Virus record (IMG/VR): IMGVR_UViG_3300033143_004594
Coordinates: 1-64,000 of that record
Strand: one strand, 5' to 3'
Source of the DNA: a virus
Length of the DNA: 64,000 bases
Below the pieces are notes generated by a model. The model had not been told where the DNA came from. It ran no database searches and worked only from the letters and a program-made list of their open reading frames with translations. Of the stretch, positions 6,772-16,531 are shown piece after piece. How positions within the stretch are numbered: position 1 is the first letter of the stretch; every line of letters starts with the position of its first letter. The position numbers and the translations under genes are program-made.

Positions 6772-9700
6772 ATGATACAGATCCACGATAAACAGACAGA
6801 AGCGAACGCGGGCCAAGCGGAACGGGCGACACTTTACCACCGATCCGGGCTTGGCCTTGGTTATAACAAGCGGGAAGTAAAGCGGATCGAATGGGCGCGG
6901 GGTCAATATGCCCAATATGATCAGGCGGTCCGGCTACGCTGGAGAGAACCCCGGCAACGCAAAGATCGCCAAACATGGCTCACTTATAAGCCGGACGCGG
7001 TGATCGTGGCGGGCTGGAATAACCCCGATCCGCCGTCCTCATATAACACAACTAAGGACAAAGACGGAACGATCCAACGCGGGAAATATACCAGTTTCGA
7101 TCCCCGCTTTACTTCCGATTTTCGGTCATGGCTTGCGGACGCGGGCCTCACGGTGATCGCGGACTTTCACAAGGCGGAGACAGGCGATCAGGGGTCGATC
7201 TCCCTTACAGAGATCGCGGAGCGGGGGCGGGCTGAGCGAGAAGCAGAAGCGGAGAAAGCAACGCGGATCGCGTCTGTTATAACGGAAGCAGAACCGGCCG
7301 AACTGGAAGCAGAGACGGAAGCGGGCGATCTTGGGGCTTATGATACGGCGGATAATTGGATCAATCGTTGGGGTGACTTCTACAAAGACACACAACAACA
7401 CAACGCGGAAGCGGCCAAACTGGAAACAGAACCCGATCCCCTTGCTGATTATTCTAACGGGGATCTACTTGGTGATTATTTGGATCTGTGTCCTCATTAT
7501 GATCAATCTGATGAGGATATAACGGAGATCAGGACCGTACTCACGGCGCGGGGCTTCTTATTTGTGGCTCAGGCGGACGGGGGCGGGCCAACAGAGGCGG
7601 AAGTCAAAACCACGGCGGATCGGCTCATCAGGGAAGCAAAAACGGCGGACCGGGCCAACGGACGCGGGCCGGGGTTCGATATATGGACTAAGGCACAAGC
7701 AGCGGCCAAAGCAGAAGCGGCGGAAGCTGAGCAACACGCGGAGACAGAACCCGCGGACCGGGTAAAGATTGAACCGGCCGACGCGGATCGCTTTGAATAT
7801 ATCGAACCCGAACCCGATCCAGTTATGCCAGCGGGCGCGGCGGAGTCAATCACAGGTAAAGAAGTTGGAAAAATGATCCGGCCACGGTTGCGGGCTATCT
7901 TTCCCGGCGTCACGTTCTATGTAAGGACTGATCATAGTTCACTTGATATAAGCTGGATCGACGGGCCAACGGGGGCGGAAGTCAAAAAGATCGCGGGCCA
8001 ATATGACGGCGGCGGCTTCGATGGCATGATCGATCTTGGTTATTGTATTTATCATTGGTTAATGCCAGATGGATCGACGCGGATCGCCTATTCCAGCGGT
8101 ACAGCGGGATCGGGGGGTTCTGTGTCCGCGTTTGGCGGTGACGGGTCAAAGCCTGATCCGGGGGCGCGGTTGGTTAGCTTCCACACGGAATATATAAACT
8201 GTAAACGGGCGCATTCGGCCGACTTCTTAAAGCGGGCGGGGGAGCAAATCAGCGGTGAGTATAATTGGCCTGTGCCAAAGATTGAAGCTAGTACAACATG
8301 GATCTCACACTCCAAAACTATTGACGGCGCGTCATTTGTCCATGATCCGATCAACGCTCCAGCCCCCGCGGATCATTTTCGGGCGGGCGGGTCGCCTTAT
8401 GTCCGATCTTTGGGCGGGGTTTTCGATCACGCGGCTCACGATATAAGCTATTATGAACCGCCAAAAGCAAAGCCGAAAGCTAAGCGGGCCGCGGGCGGGG
8501 CTTCTGTCGATTATGATCCCGCGGAAGCGGTGATCACCTATAGTGAGCGGAACGGCGCGATCTGGACATGGATCGAAACGGTAAAACCCCCGGCCGATGT
8601 GAGGGACGGGCTAACGGGGATCGGCTTCTTTTGGTGGCGGAAGCGGGGCAAATGGGCCGCCAAGCAAGAGATCGCAGAGGACACGATCCGCGCTATACTG
8701 GAAGGGGGATCGGGCGCTCAGGGAGACGGGGACGGGGGCGGAGAAGCTGATCCGCCGTCCTCATCCCCAAGCAAGCCAAAGACTAAGGCCGAACCGGGGA
8801 CAGAACCCGATCAAGCTAAGGCGGAGAAGCTGATCGCCTTGGCGGACTCCTTCGACAAACAGATCCAAAAGAAGCGGGACACGTTCAAAGGGGCTAACCT
8901 CACTCACAGGCGGGCGGAGTTCATAGCGTCCGCAAACTATGACGCGGATCGAATGCAAGAAGCACAAATGATCCTGATCGCCTTGGCGGACCTGTGGACA
9001 GTTGGAAGCGTCCCGGCGCAATTTAGGAAAATGGGAACTAAAAAAACGGCGCTGGAGTTGACTCACAATATCCGGGCGCGGGCTAAGTATGGGGATAAGT
9101 ACCCATCAGACTATAATGATCGTGTTTGGGGGTCATGGGGCGATTATAACGCGGCTCACGCATGGGCGGACCGGGTGATCTCAGGGGTCGATAACACTGA
9201 GCGAGACGCGGAGCGAAAGATCGCCGGGCTGGAGCAAAACGCCAAATTTGCCAAGATCCGCGGGTTTTTCCCCACTCCGCGGGCCGTGGCGGATCTTATG
9301 CTGGAGCATGTGAACCTCACAGAGGGGGATCTTGTTTTAGAACCCTCAGCGGGATCGGGCGCTCTATGCGATATGATCGCGGAATACTTCCCACGCGCCA
9401 CGCTTCACGCGGTCGAAGTGTCTCACATGCTCAGGGAGATCCTCACCTTAAAGGGGCACGAGTTGATCGGCCGGGACATTTACGATCTCGATCCTGTGGA
9501 TAGCATCGGAAAATATGACGCGATCATAATGAATCCCCCATTTGAAAAAATGCAAGACGCCGATCACGTTCGCTTTTGTTATGCGATGTTAAAAAGCGGC
9601 GGAACGCTAGTGAGCGTTATGTCCCCGTCACCCTTCCACAATTCCACTCACGCGGCGGCGGATTTCCGATCATGGTTCGATACATTTGGCGGTGAGAAGT

Positions 9701-9777
9701 TCGATCTCCCCGTTGGCAGCTTCAAAAAGTCCGGGACGGGCGTAAGTTCTTGTTTTATTGTCATCAGCAAAGATTAG
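6772..9777 (+). CDS. Large multidomain (polyvalent-like) protein with a C-terminal gamma-class N6-adenine DNA methyltransferase domain
   Basis: ATG preceded by AAGGAGTAAAGCGAA. The C-terminus has FFPTPRAV (motif X), VLEPSAGSGAL (motif I) and NPPF (motif IV, 9532-9543). The N-terminal ~820 aa has acidic/Ala-rich linkers and globular domains of unknown function. Confidence 0.8.
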   Translation: MIQIHDKQTEANAGQAERATLYHRSGLGLGYNKREVKRIEWARGQYAQYDQAVRLRWREPRQRKDRQTWLTYKPDAVIVAGWNNPDPPSSYNTTKDKDGTIQRGKYTSFDPRFTSDFRSWLADAGLTVIADFHKAETGDQGSISLTEIAERGRAEREAEAEKATRIASVITEAEPAELEAETEAGDLGAYDTADNWINRWGDFYKDTQQHNAEAAKLETEPDPLADYSNGDLLGDYLDLCPHYDQSDEDITEIRTVLTARGFLFVAQADGGGPTEAEVKTTADRLIREAKTADRANGRGPGFDIWTKAQAAAKAEAAEAEQHAETEPADRVKIEPADADRFEYIEPEPDPVMPAGAAESITGKEVGKMIRPRLRAIFPGVTFYVRTDHSSLDISWIDGPTGAEVKKIAGQYDGGGFDGMIDLGYCIYHWLMPDGSTRIAYSSGTAGSGGSVSAFGGDGSKPDPGARLVSFHTEYINCKRAHSADFLKRAGEQISGEYNWPVPKIEASTTWISHSKTIDGASFVHDPINAPAPADHFRAGGSPYVRSLGGVFDHAAHDISYYEPPKAKPKAKRAAGGASVDYDPAEAVITYSERNGAIWTWIETVKPPADVRDGLTGIGFFWWRKRGKWAAKQEIAEDTIRAILEGGSGAQGDGDGGGEADPPSSSPSKPKTKAEPGTEPDQAKAEKLIALADSFDKQIQKKRDTFKGANLTHRRAEFIASANYDADRMQEAQMILIALADLWTVGSVPAQFRKMGTKKTALELTHNIRARAKYGDKYPSDYNDRVWGSWGDYNAAHAWADRVISGVDNTERDAERKIAGLEQNAKFAKIRGFFPTPRAVADLMLEHVNLTEGDLVLEPSAGSGALCDMIAEYFPRATLHAVEVSHMLREILTLKGHELIGRDIYDLDPVDSIGKYDAIIMNPPFEKMQDADHVRFCYAMLKSGGTLVSVMSPSPFHNSTHAAADFRSWFDTFGGEKFDLPVGSFKKSGTGVSSCFIVISKD

Positions 9778-9804
9778 GGCCGGGAACGGTCAAAGGATCG
9801 TATT

Positions 9805-10005
9805 ATGTACTATGTATTTTCCTACTATACCAAAAGATACAACGCCAAAGGGGAGATCGTGACCGAGTACGCGCCACGGCTACACACGATCAAAAAGAAT
9901 ATTGAGACGGAAGCGGAAGCACAACAGGCGGTGAGGGATTATGACGCCACTCACAAACGCGGGCCGCTCGGCCGGGTTGCTGGATATGATGACCAAAGAC
10001 GCTAA
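9805..10005 (+). CDS. Hypothetical protein
   Basis: 66-aa ORF in the gene array, with a weak SD (aaagga). Confidence 0.5.
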   Translation: MYYVFSYYTKRYNAKGEIVTEYAPRLHTIKKNIETEAEAQQAVRDYDATHKRGPLGRVAGYDDQRR

Positions 10006-10018
10006 AGGAGATCAACCA

Positions 10019-10432
10019 ATGAACGATCAAGAAAAAATACACGCGGACACGGAACACGCGCCAGAAGTCGATCCGGGCTTCTCGGGGCTTCACACGCGGG
10101 AAACGTGGGAGCAAATCTCACAGGCGCTATTCAAGATTGAACAGACGGCCGTAACGCTCCAGCGCCAAGCTAAGCGGGCGCAATACTACGCGGGCGCGGC
10201 TAGTTCGCTTCTTTTCTTGCTGGAGCAAGAACCCGAAACGCTAGAAAAAATGCTTGATTCTTTGGGGCTTCACATGGATGAGCACGATCAGCGGATCGAT
10301 CTCCTTACAAGCAGTACGGCGGACTCTGATCAATGGGCCGTAGCATCGGCCGAAACTCTGATCGCGTTACATGAACTCAATCAACTTTGGGGTACATTAG
10401 ATCCTTTAGTACAAGAGTTAGGTATTAACTAA
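10019..10432 (+). CDS. Hypothetical protein
   Basis: The internal ATG at 10019 is preceded by aAAGGAGatcaacca and follows the upstream stop at 10005. Confidence 0.65.
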   Translation: MNDQEKIHADTEHAPEVDPGFSGLHTRETWEQISQALFKIEQTAVTLQRQAKRAQYYAGAASSLLFLLEQEPETLEKMLDSLGLHMDEHDQRIDLLTSSTADSDQWAVASAETLIALHELNQLWGTLDPLVQELGIN

Positions 10433-10482
10433 ATAAACACGCGCTAGAGCGATCCAGCGCCTTAAAATAAGGAGTAAGCGAA

Positions 10483-11160
10483 ATGAGTCACAATGTATTT
10501 ATGACAGAGGACGTTAACACATTCAGCACATTAATGTATCAATACGGCCACGGATCGAGCGGGCGCGGGCCTTGGCGGGTGATTGGCGGTGACGATCTCC
10601 GTTCTGAGGGGATCAAATTTGACGCCACTCCGCGCCACTGGTACATAACTAACACGCTCACAGGCGTTTCTAAGCGGATCGGACCGTCCACAGGCCGGGG
10701 CACTAATTACTTTGATCGGGCGCGGTTATTGGCCGAGCAACGTAACCAAGACCACTGGAGCAAGAACCCGCCAACGCTGAACACACCTGATGAGATCGCG
10801 GACCTGTGGATCGAGCGGGATCGGATCGTCCTGGAGTTTAACGGATCTGATAAGGTTGGGATCAGGGTACGCGGTTTTAATGCTGTGATCAATGCCTATT
10901 TTGAGAAGCTACCCGGCCGGGGTTGGGTCGAAATTGGCGGACCGTTCCAAGGTTTTAACCGGGTACTTGGGCCGGGGTTCAATTGGTCCTCAGAGGGGCT
11001 ACAGGTACAGATCCGCGGCGGCCAATGGAAGCATAACAAGATCCAACCGGGCGAAATTAAGCGGCTGGAAGGGCTGATCGCGGGTTGGCTGGAGTCTCAA
11101 CACCTACGCGATCTGGAAGTCAAGGTAACACGCACTAGGGGCGGGGAGCGTCTGTACTAA
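10483..11160 (+). CDS. Hypothetical protein
   Basis: ATG preceded by tAAGGAGtaagcgaa. 225 aa. Confidence 0.8.
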   Translation: MSHNVFMTEDVNTFSTLMYQYGHGSSGRGPWRVIGGDDLRSEGIKFDATPRHWYITNTLTGVSKRIGPSTGRGTNYFDRARLLAEQRNQDHWSKNPPTLNTPDEIADLWIERDRIVLEFNGSDKVGIRVRGFNAVINAYFEKLPGRGWVEIGGPFQGFNRVLGPGFNWSSEGLQVQIRGGQWKHNKIQPGEIKRLEGLIAGWLESQHLRDLEVKVTRTRGGERLY

Positions 11161-11372
11161 TGGACAAAAACGCGCTCACGATCACAATAAACGGCCGTAA
11201 TTGGCGGGGGTCACGCTTTGTAGATGAGGTTGATCTCGCCGTCCTGGAAAAAATGATCGCCATGTACCTGGAGCACAAACAGTACGCGATCTTTGAAACA
11301 CGCCAAGCGCCGGATCATATTGTTTATGATTATACGGTCACGGTAACGCGCTCCAGCGGGGGATCGGCTTAA
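11160..11372 (+). CDS. Hypothetical protein
   Basis: TAATG overlap coupling. 70 aa. Confidence 0.6.
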   Translation: MDKNALTITINGRNWRGSRFVDEVDLAVLEKMIAMYLEHKQYAIFETRQAPDHIVYDYTVTVTRSSGGSA

Positions 11373-11653
11373 TGTTCACTTTTGAGACTGATTGTACCTG
11401 TAGTACGGCGCGGTGGATCAACAATATGGTTGATCAGGCGCGTGAGGTTACTTATGAGACGCTAGTACGCCGGGTAGGGGTCGATCAATTGGCCTCTGTG
11501 TTTCCCTTCTACGAGTGGGGGCGCGGGACGCGGGCGGGCCTCAGAATGAAAGATGACTATATGATCAGCTACTATCGGAGCAAATACCGCGGGCGGACCT
11601 GCTACTATGTTTGTCATTCATCTATTGAATATATTTTCACTGAGTCCGGCTAA
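11372..11653 (+). CDS. Hypothetical protein
   Basis: TAATG overlap coupling. 93 aa. Confidence 0.65.
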   Translation: MFTFETDCTCSTARWINNMVDQAREVTYETLVRRVGVDQLASVFPFYEWGRGTRAGLRMKDDYMISYYRSKYRGRTCYYVCHSSIEYIFTESG

Positions 11654-11673
11654 GGCCGGGAAGGAAAAGCGAA

Positions 11674-12357
11674 ATGATAAAAGTAAACGCATCAGATATT
11701 AAAGTTAATTTGCTCCTGGATGATTGTCCCGATCTGTCATGGTTGGGGACGTTTGGAACTAAGCCGGAAACGGATCAGGCGATCAAGCACAACGGCGGGC
11801 GTAATACGCTCCCTTGGTTCAATCCTGGTAACGCGGGTGAGGATTATGAGGACGAATATTGCCAGCAAGATTATGAGCGGATCATGGGCTATGAAAATGG
11901 GGATTGGTATATGATGGGCGTCCGGGCCAAGATCACGCTCACGCTCCCTGAGTTCAAGGAAAACGCTTTACAACGGCTCGGCCGTCGGTTGGGCCTGTTA
12001 AAACGGGTTCACAAGTCCTGGAGTCTACACGAATTCAATACGCCGGGGCTATGGGGGGTCGAATCTGACTCTGATTATTTCCTGGAAGTCTGGATTGAAG
12101 AGGTTTACTCACTCGTTGCCCAACTCAGGCAGCTAAACATTAAGGTTAAGAATGATCACGCGGGCTTCTTAACGGTTGATCCCCCCTTCGATAGTGAGTC
12201 TGTTATCACCCTCAGTGATAGGCAACGGGCGGACCTGGATCGGGCGCTGGCCGCCGGTCCGTTTTGGGCGAAGCGTTTCGGGCGCTGGATCGTTCGGTTA
12301 TTAGATAGTCGATACGCCAAAACTCAGGCGGAGATCGCAGTATTTAACGCGGCTTAG
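11674..12357 (+). CDS. Hypothetical protein
   Basis: ATG preceded by gGAAGGAaaagcgaa. 227 aa. Confidence 0.8.
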   Translation: MIKVNASDIKVNLLLDDCPDLSWLGTFGTKPETDQAIKHNGGRNTLPWFNPGNAGEDYEDEYCQQDYERIMGYENGDWYMMGVRAKITLTLPEFKENALQRLGRRLGLLKRVHKSWSLHEFNTPGLWGVESDSDYFLEVWIEEVYSLVAQLRQLNIKVKNDHAGFLTVDPPFDSESVITLSDRQRADLDRALAAGPFWAKRFGRWIVRLLDSRYAKTQAEIAVFNAA

Positions 12358-12421
12358 GGCGTTTGGGGTATCACAGGTTATATCGGGCCACTTAGGGCCG
12401 TAAGGCCAAAGGATAAGCGAA

Positions 12422-12949
12422 ATGAAAGATACTAACGAGATCACAATAAAGAATCATAAACATGGAAAAACCTATTTTGGGAAGCGTAACGCGGCCATTA
12501 TCACGAACCCGATAGGGGCAACATTTACAAGCGTCCGCTTCTATGAAAGTGAGGCCGATCTACAGGCCGGGGATCTGGCCTTGTCTTTTCGCAGGGACTT
12601 CCGAAACTGGACGAAAATAAGCGGCCGGAAGCAAGCCGAGATCGCGGCCACTATTTGGGCCAATATGACGCGGGGTGTAACCGTTTGGGATAACGGCGGA
12701 GCAACGGCCGATCGTTACCGGGTCATTATTAATACCTCTGTGTACTATATGAGCAAACGCGCCAACCAACCAAACGGGGTGTGCATGTATTCGGGCGAAA
12801 CATTCAACAACCATGAAAACACAGGAGATCCAAAGAAGCGGATCGCGCTCGGGGATCTTCCGCTCGGGGTTGCATCGCAGATCGGATACCTCATCTATGC
12901 TGAGCATGAACACCTAGAATACTTAAAGGAGATCGGCCATGTTCAATAA
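12422..12949 (+). CDS. Hypothetical protein
   Basis: ATG preceded by aAAGGAtaagcgaa. 175 aa. Confidence 0.75.
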   Translation: MKDTNEITIKNHKHGKTYFGKRNAAIITNPIGATFTSVRFYESEADLQAGDLALSFRRDFRNWTKISGRKQAEIAATIWANMTRGVTVWDNGGATADRYRVIINTSVYYMSKRANQPNGVCMYSGETFNNHENTGDPKKRIALGDLPLGVASQIGYLIYAEHEHLEYLKEIGHVQ

Positions 12950-13781
12950 AAAACTGATCGTCAATGGAAATTTGGAGATCGCAGAGTCAGGAGGGGGCTT
13001 CACTCCCTGCTTGATCATGGTTGGGCCTAAACCGCTCGACACGCTGATCGCTGAGCATGTAGGAATCAAGAAGTCCGGCCGGGAACACGCGCTCCAGGAT
13101 AACGCCAACCATTATTTGGGGCATGTTCAGATCACTATTGAACCGGTCTATATCGTTTGCCCTGGGTGTGGTGATTCTAACCTGAATTATGATCATAATG
13201 ACGATATACGCGGGCGCTTCTTGTATGATTGCTTGGCCTGTGGTATCAGCTTCGATGAGGACGGCGCAAAGAATACGCGCTGGCTCACCGTGGCGGACGT
13301 TCAGGACCGTTGTAATTTTATCTCTATGACTAATAAGCCCCTTCTCCGTTTTTGGGCGCAGTATTTAGAGATGAATGTTGGGGTCAAGTTTGGAAACGGG
13401 GGGATCTATAGCCGTTGGGATCTGGATCTAGGGGGCTACGCGGAAATTTACCTCACAGAATCAGACGCGCCACGCGCCAGGGATAGGGTTTTTCCTTATT
13501 TAATCGTGGTTGATCGAACCGATCAGAATGATGAACCTGTACCGGCCGATCTCGTTATCATGCCTACCCATGATAAGCTGGACGTGGGGGACTTTCTTAA
13601 CCTGCTCTTTTTTGTCCCCTGGTATGAGTGTGAGGGAGTGCTGCTAGTCTCAGGCGCGGAGATCAACAACGTGACAACACTCCAACCGGCCGACGCGGGG
13701 ATCGATATTGTGGCAAGTCAGATATTTAAGATAGATGAGTCCCTGAAAAACTTCGATAATCATGGTGGGTTCAGCATTTAA
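12939..13781 (+). CDS. Hypothetical protein with a zinc-ribbon-like CPGC...CLAC motif
   Basis: AAGGAG lies 8 nt upstream, inside the previous gene's 3' end. 280 aa. Confidence 0.75.
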   Translation: MFNKKLIVNGNLEIAESGGGFTPCLIMVGPKPLDTLIAEHVGIKKSGREHALQDNANHYLGHVQITIEPVYIVCPGCGDSNLNYDHNDDIRGRFLYDCLACGISFDEDGAKNTRWLTVADVQDRCNFISMTNKPLLRFWAQYLEMNVGVKFGNGGIYSRWDLDLGGYAEIYLTESDAPRARDRVFPYLIVVDRTDQNDEPVPADLVIMPTHDKLDVGDFLNLLFFVPWYECEGVLLVSGAEINNVTTLQPADAGIDIVASQIFKIDESLKNFDNHGGFSI

Positions 13782-13797
13782 TAAGGAGTAAAGCGAA

Positions 13798-14127
13798 ATG
13801 AAGAAAAACAAATCATTCAAATGGAAAGTTACGCTTCTGACAGACTCGGGCAACTTCAAAGGATCTCCCTTCTCTAGTAGCCGATTTGACGCGGAAGGGT
13901 TCAGGATCGGGGACATAATCGTAACGCAAATCAAGGCCGACGCGGTAACAATCGGGCGGAACTATGTCCAACGAAAACCGCCCTATGATAAGCGTAAGGC
14001 TATCATCCAACGCCGTTGGGGAGCGATCAAGCCGTCTCAGGTTCTTTATTCCCAAGGCATGATAATCGAAAAGAATCAGGCTCACCATATCGATCCGGCT
14101 TCGCCAACCGGCTATAGCGTTATATAA
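13798..14127 (+). CDS. Hypothetical protein
   Basis: ATG preceded by tAAGGAGTAAAGCGAA. 109 aa. Confidence 0.7.
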   Translation: MKKNKSFKWKVTLLTDSGNFKGSPFSSSRFDAEGFRIGDIIVTQIKADAVTIGRNYVQRKPPYDKRKAIIQRRWGAIKPSQVLYSQGMIIEKNQAHHIDPASPTGYSVI

Positions 14128-14144
14128 CGCAAAGGAGATCAATT

Positions 14145-15023
14145 ATGTCACATATGGAAGCACAAGCAGACCTCGGAAATTGGATCGAGTTTGAAGATCC
14201 CTTAGAAGGGCGGCGGGTTGTTGAAGCTGAGTGGGAAGACGATCAGGACATAGTAACCGGGCCGGTAACTGATAAATGGGTCAATGTTTGGTTTTCCCGG
14301 CTTAGTGCTCCAGGTTATTTGGACTGTACTGCTTGGGAAGGGCCATATCACACTGAGGAAGGGGCGCTCTATGGCCTGTATGAAAGTCTCGGAAGCGATG
14401 ATAGTGAGACTTACTTCTCATTCATCGGGGATGATAAGTGGATTATCCAGGGTTCGCTAAGGGTCACAGGCCGGGAAAACCACTTATACGGCCGTCCCCT
14501 TGGCGAAAAACCCCCGGTTGAAATTTGGTTAGCACAACTCGGAGATATTGACCTGGATGAGGAAACGGGCGAAACATTCCCCTATGATCCTAATGAGGAC
14601 CATGATCTCCCCGAAGCGTATGAGTTCAGGCTGATCGATCCAAAGTCCAAGCGGGACATAAGGACCAAACGTTGGGGCTATCTGTCAGAAGCAGCGGCCG
14701 AACTCCTGGATCGGCTGGAGTGCGCCAAGCGGGACTCAGAATGGTTCGTGAGTGTTGAGGTGTTCATCGGCTGGACCGATTATACCTGGACCACGCGCTA
14801 CTCCGAGCAACCGGCCGAAATCTCAGATAATGAGCGAACGGATCGGGCCATAGCCGAGATTTTACACGCGCTAGAACCCGATCCCAACGCGCCAACGCTT
14901 CCTATGGACTTACCCACCGTGGCGTTTACTGGCATCTATCATATGGGTATTGAAGAATTCGAGTGGTCTGAAATTGACACTCCTGGATATTATTCACGAC
15001 AAGGAGATCAGAATGAAAAATGA
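14145..15023 (+). CDS. Hypothetical, strongly acidic protein
   Basis: SD is aAAGGAGatcaatt. 292 aa, rich in D/E and aromatic residues. Confidence 0.8.
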   Translation: MSHMEAQADLGNWIEFEDPLEGRRVVEAEWEDDQDIVTGPVTDKWVNVWFSRLSAPGYLDCTAWEGPYHTEEGALYGLYESLGSDDSETYFSFIGDDKWIIQGSLRVTGRENHLYGRPLGEKPPVEIWLAQLGDIDLDEETGETFPYDPNEDHDLPEAYEFRLIDPKSKRDIRTKRWGYLSEAAAELLDRLECAKRDSEWFVSVEVFIGWTDYTWTTRYSEQPAEISDNERTDRAIAEILHALEPDPNAPTLPMDLPTVAFTGIYHMGIEEFEWSEIDTPGYYSRQGDQNEK

Positions 15024-15618
15024 AAATGAGATGACAGAGGGCGGACTTTTAACCAAGGGCCAAGCCCGAGACCTTGCGGACCATTTCGGATGTAAACAGG
15101 CCAACATTTACAAGACGGGCATCATTATCGCCGTCAATGAAACTGAGGACCGTTTTGTACCTCATCCTCTTTGGCCTGATTTTATTCGCAGCCTGAAAGC
15201 GATCCGGTTCATGGTTAAGGAGCGTTATGAGTGCCGGGTAATTGGCGCTCAGGATGATGGTCAACACGGCTGGCTTATAACCACCGTTACGGACCGGGAC
15301 GGGCCGCCTATGACACAAGAAAAGGCGCTACGGGCCGCGATCTACGCCGTTTGGCTTCAATATTCGGGTGACAATCCCCCGCTCCCTGTGGATGAAAAGA
15401 TCACCACGGTCCGATCCACAGAGGGCCATGTTATGACCGTCAAAACCAACAAGTACGGGGTTGCAATTGGGGTCGAAGGATATGATCATTTCGTCAATGG
15501 GGAGATCGCCTACCTGGAGAATACAGACGGTGAATTAATCCTGTATGTTTGGGCGGACCATGACAACCAAGATCCTACCCATCGGATCGAGTTTTCCCCC
15601 ACTCCAGAGGATGAATAA
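15013..15618 (+). CDS. Hypothetical protein
   Basis: The internal ATG at 15013 is preceded by cAAGGAGatcaga, with an 11-nt overlap onto the upstream gene. Confidence 0.7.
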   Translation: MKNENEMTEGGLLTKGQARDLADHFGCKQANIYKTGIIIAVNETEDRFVPHPLWPDFIRSLKAIRFMVKERYECRVIGAQDDGQHGWLITTVTDRDGPPMTQEKALRAAIYAVWLQYSGDNPPLPVDEKITTVRSTEGHVMTVKTNKYGVAIGVEGYDHFVNGEIAYLENTDGELILYVWADHDNQDPTHRIEFSPTPEDE

Positions 15619-15624
15619 AAAGAT

Positions 15625-15651
15625 AAGCCCCGGCTGATAAGACCGGGGCTT
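15625..15651 (+). terminator. Hairpin after the 15013..15618 gene (terminator-like, no clear T-run)
   Basis: AAGCCCCGG-ctgataaga-CCGGGGCTT. Confidence 0.4.
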
Positions 15652-15678
15652 GGCATACCCCTTGCGGAGTAAAGCGAA

Positions 15679-15714
15679 ATGTATACACATTCTAACACAA
15701 GGAGATCGAAATGA
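15679..15714 (+). CDS. 11-codon upstream ORF (MYTHSNTRRSK) carrying the conserved initiation cassette
   Basis: GGAGTAAAGCGAAATG at 15666-15681. Its stop TGA overlaps the ATG of the next gene (ATGA at 15711-15714). Confidence 0.3.
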   Translation: MYTHSNTRRSK

Positions 15715-15965
15715 GCAAGAATCAATCGGTTACGAGTAAGGCGGAGCAGAAGCGCCTAGAAGCCCGCCAACGCGCTCGGGCCTGTGCTGATGACTTTATC
15801 AGGACCGGCCGTGTCTGTTTTGGGTGCGCCTATTACGCGCTATGCGGGATTGGGGATAGGGACGCGGCTAACCTGAGCAGCTTCTTACGGGCCGTCGATC
15901 CTGATGGGAAAAACATTACTGTTATCGGACTCGGGCCACTAGCCCCTAGTAAGGAGTCACGATGA
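15711..15965 (+). CDS. Hypothetical protein
   Basis: AAGGAG at 15699-15704. 84 aa. Confidence 0.7.
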   Translation: MSKNQSVTSKAEQKRLEARQRARACADDFIRTGRVCFGCAYYALCGIGDRDAANLSSFLRAVDPDGKNITVIGLGPLAPSKESR

Positions 15966-16234
15966 AAAAAATACGGCTAGAACCCAAGATCAAGAAGGAT
16001 AAGCCCTGGACGGCCGTCGCCACCAAGGGAACATTCACCCATAAGGGCGCAAAGTACGCGCTCCAGGGCTTCAATAGCAACGATGAGCGGGTGATCGACA
16101 CCAAGATCCAGGGGCAACTTACAATGCTTCCCTATGGGTCAAAGAGTATCGCGGTCGGTGGCTGTGTCCAGGTTCTTAACGGCTCAGGCCGGAATAACTT
16201 CCGCACCCTCATCCTAGCCCCCAGCTCGAATTAA
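15962..16234 (+). CDS. Hypothetical protein
   Basis: ATGA overlap and AAGGAG SD. 90 aa. Confidence 0.7.
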   Translation: MKKIRLEPKIKKDKPWTAVATKGTFTHKGAKYALQGFNSNDERVIDTKIQGQLTMLPYGSKSIAVGGCVQVLNGSGRNNFRTLILAPSSN

Positions 16235-16245
16235 AGGAGTTTGCC

Positions 16246-16452
16246 ATGGATCCACTTAAAGATAAACGTTTTTTGAAGTACCTCATCATGTTCGGAGTCT
16301 TGGTCATGTCCTGTTGGATCGTTTTCAGCGGTTGGATACTGCCAATGCTCCCTAACACGCCCTTAAAGGGCGGGCTGGCAACGCTCGGGGGCGGGGTCAT
16401 CCTGGTTGTGTGTGCTCTGCTAGTAATACGCGCCTACGAAGCCGGGGAGTAG
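16246..16452 (+). CDS. Small membrane protein (2 predicted TM helices)
   Basis: SD is aAAGGAGtttgcc. Has hydrophobic stretches. Confidence 0.65.
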   Translation: MDPLKDKRFLKYLIMFGVLVMSCWIVFSGWILPMLPNTPLKGGLATLGGGVILVVCALLVIRAYEAGE

Positions 16453-16460
16453 AACCCGTG

Positions 16461-16488
16461 TTGTAAAAGGTATGGGTTATGATATACT
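16461..16488 (+). promoter_or_regulatory. Sigma70-like promoter candidate
   Basis: TTGTAA (16461-16466), 16-nt spacer, TATACT (16483-16488). Confidence 0.4.
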
Positions 16489-16531
16489 ATTTTTCACCGG
16501 CTGAGATACGGTCGGTAAAGGAGTAAACGAA

